From: Candidatus Altarchaeum sp.
GTDB lineage: Archaea; Altiarchaeota; Altiarchaeia; Altiarchaeales; Altiarchaeaceae
Length of the DNA: 64,000 nt
Assembly: GCA_018260615.1 (NCBI GenBank)
Contig: JAGWDQ010000044.1
Coordinates: 20,467 to 84,466, forward strand
Direction of reading: 5' to 3'
The notes beneath the pieces are model-generated. The model was not told the origin of the DNA. It made no database searches and worked only from the letters and a program-made list of their open reading frames with translations. Both the position numbers and the translations under genes were made by a program. Of this stretch, positions 32,978-43,326 are shown piece by piece (within the stretch, counting starts at the first letter, position 1; every line of letters begins with the position of its first letter).

Positions 32978-33589
32978 ATGTCAGAAAATATTAATAAGGA
33001 TAAGGAAGTTAATGTTAAGACAGAAAATCCTGCGAATAGTTTATCAACAGAACAGACTGCAAAAGAACAAATTACCGATGAAAATAAACAAAAGACAGAA
33101 AATGCATCGGCATCTGTTCAAACCACAACAGACGAAGCAAAAACAAAAGTAACCGAAGAAGTAAAACCAAGTGAAAAAAAGATAGAAATGATAGGTGGGG
33201 TAGAAAAGAAAGGTCTTTGGGGGGTTTTACATATTTATTCATCACCGAATAATGCAATTTATCAGGTTACTGATTTAAGTAATTCGGAAACAATTGTCAC
33301 AAAATACGGAAAACAGATGGTTACCGCAGATAAGGATAAACCGACACCTTATGCGGCAATGAAGGCAATGGGAAAAATTGTTGAGGTATTAAGAGAAAAA
33401 GGTATTGCAGGTGTTGATGTTGTAGTCAGGGGTCCGGGCGGACATACGGGTCCATGGTTTCCGGGTAAGGCGGCACAGGCAGCTATAAAACAACTTGTGC
33501 GGCTAAATTTTCCAATCGGTAAAATTTCAGATAATACACCAATTGCTCACGGAGGATGTACTCCGAAGAAGACAAAGAGGAAAAAATAA
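32978..33589 (+). CDS. rps11: 30S ribosomal protein S11 with an acidic N-terminal extension
   Basis: TPYAAM, PGKAAQAAI, TPIAHGG. Confidence 0.92.
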   Translation: MSENINKDKEVNVKTENPANSLSTEQTAKEQITDENKQKTENASASVQTTTDEAKTKVTEEVKPSEKKIEMIGGVEKKGLWGVLHIYSSPNNAIYQVTDLSNSETIVTKYGKQMVTADKDKPTPYAAMKAMGKIVEVLREKGIAGVDVVVRGPGGHTGPWFPGKAAQAAIKQLVRLNFPIGKISDNTPIAHGGCTPKKTKRKK

Positions 33590-33616
33590 ATAGTAGTAAA
33601 ATACAGATATGATAAA

Positions 33617-33753
33617 ATGGAAATATCCAATTTCAAAAAGAACGGAAATATTGTAACATTCACCGTAAAGGGTATGGAAATTAACTTTTCTTTTCTTTAA
33701 AAAAGAAAAGAAAACACTACGAAAAGAAAAAAAATTTAAAATAAAAATTTAAT
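33617..33753 (+). repeat. 59-bp duplicate of the rpoD start followed by a T/A-tract hairpin element
   Basis: 33617-33675 matches 33754-33812; hairpin ttttcttttcttt-aaa-aaagaaaagaaaa. Confidence 0.9.
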
Positions 33754-34335
33754 ATGGACATATCAAACTTCAAAAAGAACGGAAATATTGTAACATTCAC
33801 CGTAAAGGGTATAAACACAGCAATGGCAAATGCTATTCGCAGAGCAATAATTACAAATGTTCCGATAGCTGCAATAGAAAAGGTAACAATTGATAAGAAT
33901 TCATCTGCGCTGGCTGATGAGATACTTGCTCACAGATTGGGATTAATACCTTTCAAAACGGATATAAAAAATTTTATAGATACAAATGTTTCATTAGATG
34001 TTATAAATGATTCGGACAAATTAAAAACCATCTATACAAGGGATTTGAAATCGAGCAATCCGGATATTATTCCTGTTTATGACAACATGCCAATAGTAAA
34101 ACTCTCAAAGGGACAACAAATAAAACTTGAAGCGACAGTAGAGCTGGGGAAAGGCAGGGAGCATGTAAAATGGCAGGGCGGTCTGGCAAGTTACGAAATT
34201 AACGAAGAAAATAAATTTAACTTTTTTGTGGAATCATTCATGCAATTAGATGCCGATGAATTAATCAGTGCGGCATGTGACGAATTAATTAAAGAAAACG
34301 AACAATTCAGGAACTTTGTTTCAACAATAAAATAA
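33754..34335 (+). CDS. rpoD: RNA polymerase subunit D (Rpo3), short form without the ferredoxin-like insert
   Basis: ANAIRRAII, NSSALADEILAHRLGLIP, G.EHVKWQ. Confidence 0.93.
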   Translation: MDISNFKKNGNIVTFTVKGINTAMANAIRRAIITNVPIAAIEKVTIDKNSSALADEILAHRLGLIPFKTDIKNFIDTNVSLDVINDSDKLKTIYTRDLKSSNPDIIPVYDNMPIVKLSKGQQIKLEATVELGKGREHVKWQGGLASYEINEENKFNFFVESFMQLDADELISAACDELIKENEQFRNFVSTIK

Positions 34336-34380
34336 TAAAATAAATTTAACCGCAAAATTTAATAATTAATAAATTAAAAA

Positions 34381-34746
34381 ATGGCAAGAATATTTAAAAA
34401 TCCAAATCCGTTAAGGGTCAAACTTGTAGATGATTTAAAAAATTTTAATACGGATAAGAATTACGGAATTTGGAATAAAGTGATTAAGGAATTGTCAAGG
34501 TCAAGGAAAAACAGGAGAAATGTAAATTTATGGAAAATAAATAAAAATACAAATGAAGGGGATGTTATTGTCGTGCCGGGAAAAGTGCTTGGGCATGGAG
34601 AAATCGGACATAAAGTTACAATTGCAGCGTTTGAATTTTCAGAAGGTGTAAAGCAAAAAGTAACAAACAATAATGTGCGACTAATGTCAATTTATGAATT
34701 GTTTAATGAAAATCCAAAAGGAAGTAATATTAAAATAATCGGTTAA
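34381..34746 (+). CDS. rpl18e: 50S ribosomal protein L18e
   Basis: VNLWKINK, VVPGKVLG, NPKGS. Confidence 0.95.
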   Translation: MARIFKNPNPLRVKLVDDLKNFNTDKNYGIWNKVIKELSRSRKNRRNVNLWKINKNTNEGDVIVVPGKVLGHGEIGHKVTIAAFEFSEGVKQKVTNNNVRLMSIYELFNENPKGSNIKIIG

Positions 34747-34865
34747 AAATGATTGTAAATGCTGAAGGGCAAAGGTTGAACTTTTCTTTTTTAGAAAAAA
34801 AGAAAACATTCAGAAAAGAAAAAACACAAAAATAAATTTATAAAATTTATATATTAATATGATTT
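34742..34865 (+). repeat. 30-bp duplicate of the rpl13 start followed by the same hairpin element as before rpoD
   Basis: 34742-34771 matches 34866-34895 with 1 mismatch; then aacttttctttttt..aaaaaaagaaaacattcagaaaagaaaaaa. Confidence 0.88.
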
Positions 34866-34872
34866 GTTAAAA

Positions 34873-35355
34873 ATGATTGTAAATGCTGAAGGACAGGTTC
34901 TCGGAAGAATGGCATCTTTTGTGGCAAAAAGGGTCTTGAGGGGAGATCAGGTAATAGTAGTTAATGCTGAAAAGGCATTGATTTCAGGAACAAAAACAGG
35001 AATCCAGACAGAAGCAGACAGAAGATTAGGTATAAGAAACTGGGGAAACCCAAAAAAAGGCCCTTATATGATGAAACGGCCTGATAATTTTGTGAGAAGG
35101 GCCATAAGAGGAATGTTGCCATATAACAAAAACAGATACGGAGCGAGAGGTAGAGAAGCGTTCAAAGATGTAATTGTATTTATGGGCGTTCCGAAAAAAG
35201 AGATAGAAAAATACGACAAAACTTTCAGGCCCGCAAATATTAATGAAATTTCCGATAAAAACATACAAAAAAAACCACTGAGAAAATACGTGTATGTATC
35301 TGAATTTTGTAAAATTTTGGGCAATAAAACAACAATAAAACAAAATACTATTTAA
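34873..35355 (+). CDS. rpl13: 50S ribosomal protein L13
   Basis: VLGRMAS, NAEKA, RRAIRGMLP. Confidence 0.94.
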   Translation: MIVNAEGQVLGRMASFVAKRVLRGDQVIVVNAEKALISGTKTGIQTEADRRLGIRNWGNPKKGPYMMKRPDNFVRRAIRGMLPYNKNRYGARGREAFKDVIVFMGVPKKEIEKYDKTFRPANINEISDKNIQKKPLRKYVYVSEFCKILGNKTTIKQNTI

Positions 35356-35401
35356 AATAAAAAATAAATAAGAATTAGATAAAAATATAAGAATTTAAAA
35401 A

Positions 35402-35806
35402 ATGGTTGTAATATCCGCAAAAAGAAAAGAATGTATTGCAAGGGCGCATGCAGAAGAAGGAACAGGTAAAATAAAAATAAATTCATCGTCATTAGATGTT
35501 TATCAGCCGCAATTGTTAAGGGAATATATAAAAGAGCCGATTTTACTTGCCGATGATTTGGTTGACATGAACAAAATCAATATATCTATTAATGTTCATG
35601 GAGGAGGCGTTTCAGGAAGGAGTGATGCAATACGTTCGGCAATTGCAAGGGCACTGATTGATTATACCAAAAACGAAGTCCTGTTGAAAAGATATATGGA
35701 ATATGACAGGCGGTTGATTGTAAATGATGTCCGGCAGACAGAGCCGCATAAACCGGGTCAAAGTAACAAAGGTCCAAGACACCAGAGACAAAAATCATAC
35801 AGATAA
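35402..35806 (+). CDS. rps9: 30S ribosomal protein S9
   Basis: GGGVSG, YDRRL, QKSYR C-terminus. Confidence 0.95.
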   Translation: MVVISAKRKECIARAHAEEGTGKIKINSSSLDVYQPQLLREYIKEPILLADDLVDMNKINISINVHGGGVSGRSDAIRSAIARALIDYTKNEVLLKRYMEYDRRLIVNDVRQTEPHKPGQSNKGPRHQRQKSYR

Positions 35807-35853
35807 AAACAATAGTTAAATTTTCAGAATTAAATTTTAAATTTTCATAAAAG

Positions 35854-36321
35854 ATGGCACATATGCATTCAAAGAGAAAGGGAAAGTCGTCCTCAAAAAA
35901 AGTAGTTAAATTCGGAATGTCTCCATGGATACTGATGGACAGCGAAAATTATGATGAGAAAAAAATAACGGATGTAATTGTCGGACTGAAAAAATCCGGA
36001 GAACTTCAAAGTAAAATAGGACATAAATTAAGAGATATTTACGGGATTCCTTCGTCAAAAGAATTTTTCGGAAAGAAGTTAGGAAAGGTCTTAAAGGAAA
36101 ACAATGTTCGTCCCGAGATTCCGGAAGACATATATAACTTAATGAGAAAAGCGGTAATGTTAAGAAAGCATTTGGGAATTCATAAAAAAGATATTCATAA
36201 CAAAAGAAGTTTGTTATTGGTAGAGTCAAAAGTCAAACGGCTTGCCAAATACTATATAGGAGAAAAGGTTTTACCATCAAACTGGAAATACGAGCCGGAA
36301 AAGATGATATATGAGGTCTGA
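35854..36321 (+). CDS. rps15: 30S ribosomal protein S15
   Basis: MAHMHSKRKGKS, LRDIYGIP, PEDIYNL, ESKVKRLAKYY. Confidence 0.95.
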   Translation: MAHMHSKRKGKSSSKKVVKFGMSPWILMDSENYDEKKITDVIVGLKKSGELQSKIGHKLRDIYGIPSSKEFFGKKLGKVLKENNVRPEIPEDIYNLMRKAVMLRKHLGIHKKDIHNKRSLLLVESKVKRLAKYYIGEKVLPSNWKYEPEKMIYEV

Positions 36322-36392
36322 TGCGGAAGAATAATTTTTTCACACCGCTTCGTATGTTTTATTTTTTAAATTTATTTTTGAACATAAGAAAT

Positions 36393-36632
36393 ATGCATTA
36401 CGTTGAAATTTATTCGGAGATTGAAGATACAAGAAAAGGTGATGTTTTAAGCAGAGTCGTAAATTTTGATAATGTTCATTTGGACCGTTTGGATATTTTT
36501 ACATTTTATGATGCAACGGATAAATGTATGCTGATTACCAAAATAAAATGTGCTCATTTAAAGACATTAAATAATACAATTCATGATTTGCTTAAAACAC
36601 AAAATTTAGCCGAAAAAATTTTGGAAATTTAA
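36393..36632 (+). CDS. KEOPS complex subunit Pcc1-like
   Basis: ~80 aa, size and pattern like Pcc1; usual archaeal neighbour of rps15. Confidence 0.5.
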   Translation: MHYVEIYSEIEDTRKGDVLSRVVNFDNVHLDRLDIFTFYDATDKCMLITKIKCAHLKTLNNTIHDLLKTQNLAEKILEI

Positions 36633-36645
36633 TTTTTGCTGGTAT

Positions 36646-37536
36646 TTACTTTTTAATTAAATTTTCCGCCAATTCACCTGCAATCAATTCGCTTAAATCA
36701 ATCTTTGCTACTTTATTCGGAATTGAATTTGTCGCAACGAGTTCGTCGGCAAGTGTTTTTAATATTAAAAAATTTTCATTATCGCAGAATACGCCGTGAA
36801 CACACGCTAAATTTATACTTGCCGGATTTTGTTTTTTTATGATCTTCAACGCTTCAATCATAGTTCCACCGCTTGAAATTATATCATCTGCTATCAGAAC
36901 ATCCTTTCCTTCAACACCTAAATTTTTATCCTCTATTACTATTTTTCCAGTTACCCTGTCTCTTTTTTTGACAAGATAATTGCTTTCGCATTTTAAAATC
37001 TTCCCACATTCTTTAGCTGTATCCAACGCTCCTTCATCCGGCGATATGACCTTTGGATTTTTTAAATTTTTAAAATATTTCGCAATTTCAGAAAACGCAT
37101 CCATGTTGTAAATTTCAATCCCTTCGTATTTAAACTTTCTACTTTTCCTGAACTGCTGGTTGTGGGAATTTATGAGAAAAATTTTATCAGCATAACTGTT
37201 CAAATTTTTTAATATTACTTCCGCACTTAATGCCTCGCCTTTGAGAAAAATTTTATCCTGCCGCATATATGTCAAATAAGGAATTACCAGATTTATACTT
37301 TTTGCTTTGCTCCTTTTTATAGCATCCAATATCAAAATTGCCTTTAGAAATTCATCACTATTGTAAATACTTTGGACAACAACGCAATCCTCGTTTTCAA
37401 TATTGCTGATTACTCTCGCATAGAACTCGCCGTCTGGAAATTTCTTTAATAAAATTTCTCCATCCATAACATCTAAATTTGCATTTTTTTCCCTTAATTT
37501 TTTCCCAACATTAAATCCGAATTCAAAGATATACAT
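36646..37536 (-). CDS. prs: Ribose-phosphate pyrophosphokinase
   Basis: KFPDGE, YMRQDK, SPDEGA, ADDIISSGGT, CVHG. Confidence 0.95.
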   Translation of the reverse strand: MYIFEFGFNVGKKLREKNANLDVMDGEILLKKFPDGEFYARVISNIENEDCVVVQSIYNSDEFLKAILILDAIKRSKAKSINLVIPYLTYMRQDKIFLKGEALSAEVILKNLNSYADKIFLINSHNQQFRKSRKFKYEGIEIYNMDAFSEIAKYFKNLKNPKVISPDEGALDTAKECGKILKCESNYLVKKRDRVTGKIVIEDKNLGVEGKDVLIADDIISSGGTMIEALKIIKKQNPASINLACVHGVFCDNENFLILKTLADELVATNSIPNKVAKIDLSELIAGELAENLIKK

Positions 37537-37561
37537 TTTAAAATTTTGTTTCCATACTACA

Positions 37562-37795
37562 TCACCTCACTTACGCTCACTTCGTTCCACTCACTTCGTT
37601 CGTGTCTTTTCAAAACCTCACCTCACTTCGTTCGGAGATTTTCAAAACTCTGCGTTTTGAAAACTGCGGTTTTGAAAATCGTGTATTTTCGGGACAAGCC
37701 CGAAAATCGTTCGGAGATTCTCAAACAAGTTTGAAAATCACCTCGTTTTACTCGGAGATTTTCAAAATCTGCGATTTTGAAAATAGTGCAATTTA
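37562..37795. repeat. Largest REP-like cluster in the window
   Basis: Several cacctcacttcgttcg and ttttcaaaa..ttttgaaaa units in tandem. Confidence 0.88.
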
Positions 37796-37907
37796 AACAA
37801 AAGATATATATAATTAAGTTTTAAAATAAATTAATAAAAGAATAACAAAGCGAAACCACTCTAAATTAAAAATTAATTAAAAATTTTAATTAAAATTATA
37901 AAAAAAT

Positions 37908-38492
37908 ATGTTCCTCACCCATTCCCTTATAAAGCCAGACACCGTTGAACTGCGAAAGTATCAGGAAGCGATAATCGCAACATCGGCAAATAAAAATACA
38001 ATAGTTGTACTTCCGACGGGACTTGGAAAAACGCTGATTGCCGTAATTGTTGCCGCACATCGGCTGGATAAATTTAATGGCTCAAAGGTTCTGTTTTTAG
38101 CACCTACCAAGCCGCTTGCAGTACAGCATGCAGAGACATTCAGACAAATTTTAAATTTAAAGGACGATGAAATTTGTGTATTCACATCGGCAACACCGAC
38201 AAATAAGCGAAACGACTTATGGGAGAAATCACGGGTTATTCTGGCAACGCCTCAAACGATAGACAACGAAATAATGAAAAATTTAGATTTGAGCAATGTT
38301 TCTTTTCTGGTTTTTGATGAAGCACACAGAGCAGTCGGAAATTATGCTTACGGGTTCATTGCAGGCGAATATATGAAAAAAGCAAAGCATCCGCTGATTA
38401 TGGGATTGAGTGCTTCTCCGTCATCTGATATTGAGAAAATTTCGGAAATTTCAAAAAATTTGTTCATACAGTCGGTTGAAATAAGCACTTAA
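37908..38492 (+). pseudogene. Truncated duplicate of the hef 5-prime region (194 aa)
   Basis: 37908-38485 nearly identical to 40801-41378. Confidence 0.92.
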
Positions 38493-38651
38493 ACATAATT
38501 TTAAACAGCGAAAAATTTGATTTAACCTTATCAAGAAAATTTTTAAACAAAATCAAATTTTTAACGTTCAAAAATTTATTTAATTTAAATACTTCTAATC
38601 TAAATTAATTTACAACAATTTACAACATGTCCAATGTTTAATTTATTTAAA

Positions 38652-39167
38652 ATGAAAAACACAAATAAAATTTTATTAGGGGTTGGAATAAGTTGTATTT
38701 TTGTTATACTAATGGCTTTTGTAATGGCTACTGATAATGGAATTGAGAAAGCGTTAAACAAAACAACAAACTAGAGTAGTAAATATGATTCAATTGCTGT
38801 CCAGGCAAATAATTCAATTCTTAACGAAGTAAAAAACAAAACCTTGTTTGATAAACCCTTAAATAACTCATACTTGCCCAAAATCGGAAAAAAGGGGATA
38901 AATTTTTTAGTTATAGGAGACAAAGTAGTATATTATGATGTGAAAGGTGGAACTTCTAAAAAATACACATTAAATGAAAGTGAATGGAAAGATTTAATAA
39001 ATATCAAAAAAAGAATGAATAATTCAATTGATGTGTTGGTAATTAATGATTTTGTTATTAAAAAAAATCATGGACTTATTGAAAATAACATAACTTATGT
39101 GGAAATAGATAAAAATAAAATATATAAGAAGGTAACTGCTAATATAAGCGCAAAAATTGAAAAATAA
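38652..39167 (+). pseudogene. Secreted/membrane-anchored protein interrupted by one in-frame TAG (38772-38774)
   Basis: ATG 38652 with a signal-like hydrophobic stretch is in frame with ORF 38844-39167. Confidence 0.7.
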
Positions 39168-39181
39168 CCTAAAACTCAAAA

Positions 39182-39664
39182 ATGTCAAGAAAAATAAAAA
39201 TTTTTGATTTCAAAAAAGCGTGGAATGATAGAATAGAAAGGAAAAATATAATTATGTTTATTTTGGCGGTAGCGTTAGGATTAGTTTTAATATCATTAGC
39301 CATAACATCCAAATGTATGTCGCTATTATTCTCATTTGGATATTTAGGAGATCTTGGCAAAAATTGTGATGTTCGTATACCTATTGATTTTGTTATCCTT
39401 GTGTTATTAGTACTAATCTATGAATTTATATTTACAGAACATACAAGAATTATCGGAGTATGGTTTGCAAATTTACAAGAGAGGTGGGGAGGAAATATGA
39501 TTGTATTTAGTTATTTTGCGAGTGTTGGTTTTTTTGGAGGTATCTTGCAATACTTGATGCCCCATTCTACGATACCTGTGTTGGTATTTGGTGCGCTCTT
39601 TATGATCGCTTTCATTTATTCCCTTATTCCAATTTCATGGCTCAAAAAAATTAAAAAAATATAA
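39182..39664 (+). CDS. Small 4-TM membrane protein
   Basis: 160 aa, four hydrophobic segments. Confidence 0.65.
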   Translation: MSRKIKIFDFKKAWNDRIERKNIIMFILAVALGLVLISLAITSKCMSLLFSFGYLGDLGKNCDVRIPIDFVILVLLVLIYEFIFTEHTRIIGVWFANLQERWGGNMIVFSYFASVGFFGGILQYLMPHSTIPVLVFGALFMIAFIYSLIPISWLKKIKKI

Positions 39665-39843
39665 AACAGCAAAAATGGAGATTAAAATATTTTCACTGTC
39701 TGAAAATAGCAATAAAGAAATAAAAAACAAAACAATAGACATGTTGCGAAATAATTTTCAATTTATTGCTACAATATATTCATAATAATTTCAATAAACC
39801 ATATAAACTATTTCACAACAACTCTATTATTTTACAGTAAAAA

Positions 39844-40566
39844 ATGAATAAAAAACAAACAAAAATTTTATTGCTCCTCATAACAATCATTATTGGAGTA
39901 GTAATAATAAGTGGATGCGTAAACAATGAAGAAAATAAAATCGGCGAAGAAGGAATGAATGAAACAAACGACTATTATCCATTAGAAGTGGGAAATCAAT
40001 GGGTGTTTGCGGTGAAAAAGGAAACTGAAGGGGAAAATCCTCAAAATAGTATAACAACAGTACAAATCACTAAAAAAGAAATGATAAACAATATAGAAAC
40101 TTTTGTTATAGAATATGAGACGGACAATAACACATCCCAAATAGAATATGTTAATAAAGAATATGGAAAAATTTTATGCTGTAGGCGAATATCTCAAGGA
40201 AAGGAACAAAATTATTATCCTCTACAATTATGGGCTGATTTTTCATCACTTAAAAAGGGAAAGAAATGGAAATGGGCTGACAATACAATAAATGTAGAGT
40301 TAGAAGGAGAAATACTTGGAAAAGACGTAATAACCGTTCCTGCAGGAACATTTGAGACATATATAGTAAAAATCACAACAAGTCCGAAAGATAATGTTAG
40401 AGGAATTGCAAACGTAAAGTGGATGGGGTGGTTCGCCAAAAATATTGGAGTTGTAAAAGAAGATGCACATATTTATGCTAATGTTTCCATTAATAATAAT
40501 AAGCGACTAATAGTTAACACTCATATAATAGCGGAACTAAAAAGTTATAACATTTCAAAAAAATAA
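39844..40566 (+). CDS. Lipoprotein with a beta-rich domain (YYPL..GNQW, ITVPAGTF motifs)
   Basis: IISGC lipobox-like signal. Confidence 0.75.
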   Translation: MNKKQTKILLLLITIIIGVVIISGCVNNEENKIGEEGMNETNDYYPLEVGNQWVFAVKKETEGENPQNSITTVQITKKEMINNIETFVIEYETDNNTSQIEYVNKEYGKILCCRRISQGKEQNYYPLQLWADFSSLKKGKKWKWADNTINVELEGEILGKDVITVPAGTFETYIVKITTSPKDNVRGIANVKWMGWFAKNIGVVKEDAHIYANVSINNNKRLIVNTHIIAELKSYNISKK

Positions 40567-40800
40567 AATGAAAAATAATGTTTTGTTTATATTTTCTTTT
40601 TGTGCCTATTTTCCTGATTTTTGTATGAGATTGGGTAAGATGATTTTTTAAATTTTTATACCTTCTCAAATAATATTTTTCACTGAAAAGTAAAGCCAAA
40701 TAAGTCAATTTACCATGTTTTATTGAGTGGATATGAATTTTTTAAACAAAAAACTAATTCTTAAAATATTTTAACATACTGTTGTTCATTACTTATTATT

Positions 40801-43089
40801 ATGTTCCTCACACACCCCCTCATAAAGCCGGACACCGTTGAACTGCGAAAGTATCAGGAAGCGATAATCGCAACATCGGCAAATAAAAATACAATAGTTG
40901 TACTTCCGACGGGACTTGGAAAAACGCTGATTGCCGTAATTGTTGCCGCACATCGGCTGGATAAATTTAATGGCTCAAAGGTTCTGTTTTTAGCACCTAC
41001 CAAGCCGCTTGCAGTACAGCATGCAGAGACATTCAGACAAATTTTAAATTTAAAGGACGATGAAATTTGTGTATTCACATCGGCAACACCGACAAATAAG
41101 CGAAACGACTTATGGGAGAAATCACGGGTTATTCTGGCAACGCCTCAAACGATAGACAACGAAATAATGAAAAATTTAGATTTGAGCAATGTTTCTTTTC
41201 TGGTTTTTGATGAAGCACACAGAGCAGTCGGAAATTATGCTTACGGGTTCATTGCAGGCGAATATATGAAAAAAGCAAAGCATCCGCTGATTATGGGATT
41301 GAGTGCTTCTCCGTCATCTGATATTGAGAAAATTTCGGAAATTTCAAAAAATCTGTTCATACAGTCGGTTGAGATAAGGACCGAAAATGACAGCGATGTC
41401 CGGGAGTATATAATGAAAGTGGAGGAAGAATGGGTAAAGGTTGAACTGCCTGCGGACTTTAAAGGAATAAGGGATAAACTTGCGGACTTGCTTAAATTTT
41501 ACCTGAAACAGTTAAAGGATATGAATTACATTGATACGATTAATTTGACAAATATTAACAAAAAGGACTTATTGGCTGTTCAGGAAAGAATAAGGGGCGA
41601 CATATTGAGCGGAAACGGAAATTTCGATGCGGCATCGCTTATTGCAAAAATTATAAAACTTCATTATGCTCTTGAACTTATAGAGACGCAGGGAATTTTT
41701 ACTTTATACAGGTATCTTGAACGGCTGAATCTGCAAAAAGGTAAAGGAGTAAAAGAGATGTTTTCCGATGAGCGTATGAAGGAAATCTGTGAAAATGTTA
41801 AAATTTTGTATGATGCAAAAACAGACCATCCGAAGTTAGATGCAATCTTAAAAATTTTAAAGGAAGAGTTGGGTAGTTCGGAAGACAGAAAAAACAGGAA
41901 AATTTTGCTGTTCACTCAATACCGGGACACTGCCGAAAAAATTTATGAAATTTTAACGAACAACAACATAAAATGCGAGAAATTTATAGGTCAGGCAAGG
42001 AGAGATAATGACAAAGGAATGACGCAAAAAGAGCAAATTGCATCACTTGAGAAATTCAAAAATAATACATTTAATGTGCTGATTGCAACTTCTGTCGCAG
42101 AAGAAGGCCTGGATATTCCCAAGGTTGATATTGTAATATTTTATGAGCCGATTCCAAGCAGTATAAGAGCAATACAAAGGAGGGGAAGAACGGGAAGAAT
42201 GTATGAAGGAAAGGTGATAATTTTGATGACAAGGGGGACGAGGGACGAAGGATATTACTGGAGTGCGGTTTCAAAGGAAAGAAAGATGAAGGAATATCTG
42301 ACAAAATTCCAGATTTCAGGAAAAGAAGGCATTGAAAAAGAAGTACAAAAAAGACATGGGCAGCAAAGTATTTTATTGTACGACGATAATAATAAAGAGG
42401 ATAACAAAGATAATGAAGAAAACAATAACAAAGATAAAAACGAAAGACCTAAAATTTATGCCGATATACGGGAGCGAAACACGGAAATTTTTAAAATTTT
42501 AAATGAAAAGGCAGATGTCATAGTCAGGCAGTTAGAGGTTGGGGACTATATATTGAGCGAAAATGTATGTGTTGAGAGAAAGACAGCCGGTGATTTCTTA
42601 CAGTCAATTGTTGATAGACGACTACTTGAACAGGCACAAAATTTAGTGAGAAATTTTGAAATTCCGATAATTATCATAGAAGGTGAATTAAATTTGTCTT
42701 CAAGAAATATTCATCCGAATGCAGTCCGGGGAATGCTCGCCGCAATAGCAACTGACTTTAAAATTTCCATCATTCCGACAAAAGACGAAAATGATACCGC
42801 CGAAATGCTGTTCATAATCGCAAAAAGAGAGCAGGAAGAAAAAAGAAATCCGGTTGCTTTAATCGGTGAAAAGAGGGCTTACACTCTTGCCGAGAGACAG
42901 CACTTAATTGCCGAATCACTTCCAAATGTGTCTGCTGTGATTGCCGAACGGCTGCTTGAACGTTTTAAGACGATAAAAAAAATTGCAAATGCTGGCATTA
43001 AGGAATTAATAAAAGTTGAAGGAATCGGATTAAAAAAGGCAGATGAAATTTTTAAGGTTACACATTCGGAGTATAAAAAGGAGAAATAA
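40801..43089 (+). CDS. hef: Hef (FANCM-like helicase plus ERCC4 nuclease)
   Basis: LPTGLGKT, FDEAHRA, QRRGRTGR, GDY..VERKT..D, C-terminal HhH. Confidence 0.95.
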   Translation: MFLTHPLIKPDTVELRKYQEAIIATSANKNTIVVLPTGLGKTLIAVIVAAHRLDKFNGSKVLFLAPTKPLAVQHAETFRQILNLKDDEICVFTSATPTNKRNDLWEKSRVILATPQTIDNEIMKNLDLSNVSFLVFDEAHRAVGNYAYGFIAGEYMKKAKHPLIMGLSASPSSDIEKISEISKNLFIQSVEIRTENDSDVREYIMKVEEEWVKVELPADFKGIRDKLADLLKFYLKQLKDMNYIDTINLTNINKKDLLAVQERIRGDILSGNGNFDAASLIAKIIKLHYALELIETQGIFTLYRYLERLNLQKGKGVKEMFSDERMKEICENVKILYDAKTDHPKLDAILKILKEELGSSEDRKNRKILLFTQYRDTAEKIYEILTNNNIKCEKFIGQARRDNDKGMTQKEQIASLEKFKNNTFNVLIATSVAEEGLDIPKVDIVIFYEPIPSSIRAIQRRGRTGRMYEGKVIILMTRGTRDEGYYWSAVSKERKMKEYLTKFQISGKEGIEKEVQKRHGQQSILLYDDNNKEDNKDNEENNNKDKNERPKIYADIRERNTEIFKILNEKADVIVRQLEVGDYILSENVCVERKTAGDFLQSIVDRRLLEQAQNLVRNFEIPIIIIEGELNLSSRNIHPNAVRGMLAAIATDFKISIIPTKDENDTAEMLFIIAKREQEEKRNPVALIGEKRAYTLAERQHLIAESLPNVSAVIAERLLERFKTIKKIANAGIKELIKVEGIGLKKADEIFKVTHSEYKKEK

Positions 43090-43107
43090 ACAAAATGTTC
43101 ACACAAT

Positions 43108-43248
43108 CACCTCACTTACGCTCACTTCGTTCGTGTATTTTCAAATCTCTGTGATTTGAAAATCGTTCGGAGATTTTCAAAATCTGTTGATTTTGAAAAA
43201 GACACAAAGGAGTAATTCTCTGTGGCTTATTGGCTTGGTGTGAGGGAG
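43108..43248. repeat. REP-like cluster
   Basis: cacctcacttacgctcacttcgttcg, ttttcaaa..ttttgaaaa and a partial gacacaaag module. Confidence 0.82.
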
Positions 43249-43326
43249 TAATAAAAAAGGATAAATAAAAATAAGAAGTTGAAAGTTAAATTTATAAAAA
43301 CTAAATTTAAACCAAATCATGCTAAA

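Noticed and set aside
37546-37796. Two short ORFs in the prs-hef intergenic region
   Set aside because: They are translations of the REP cluster.
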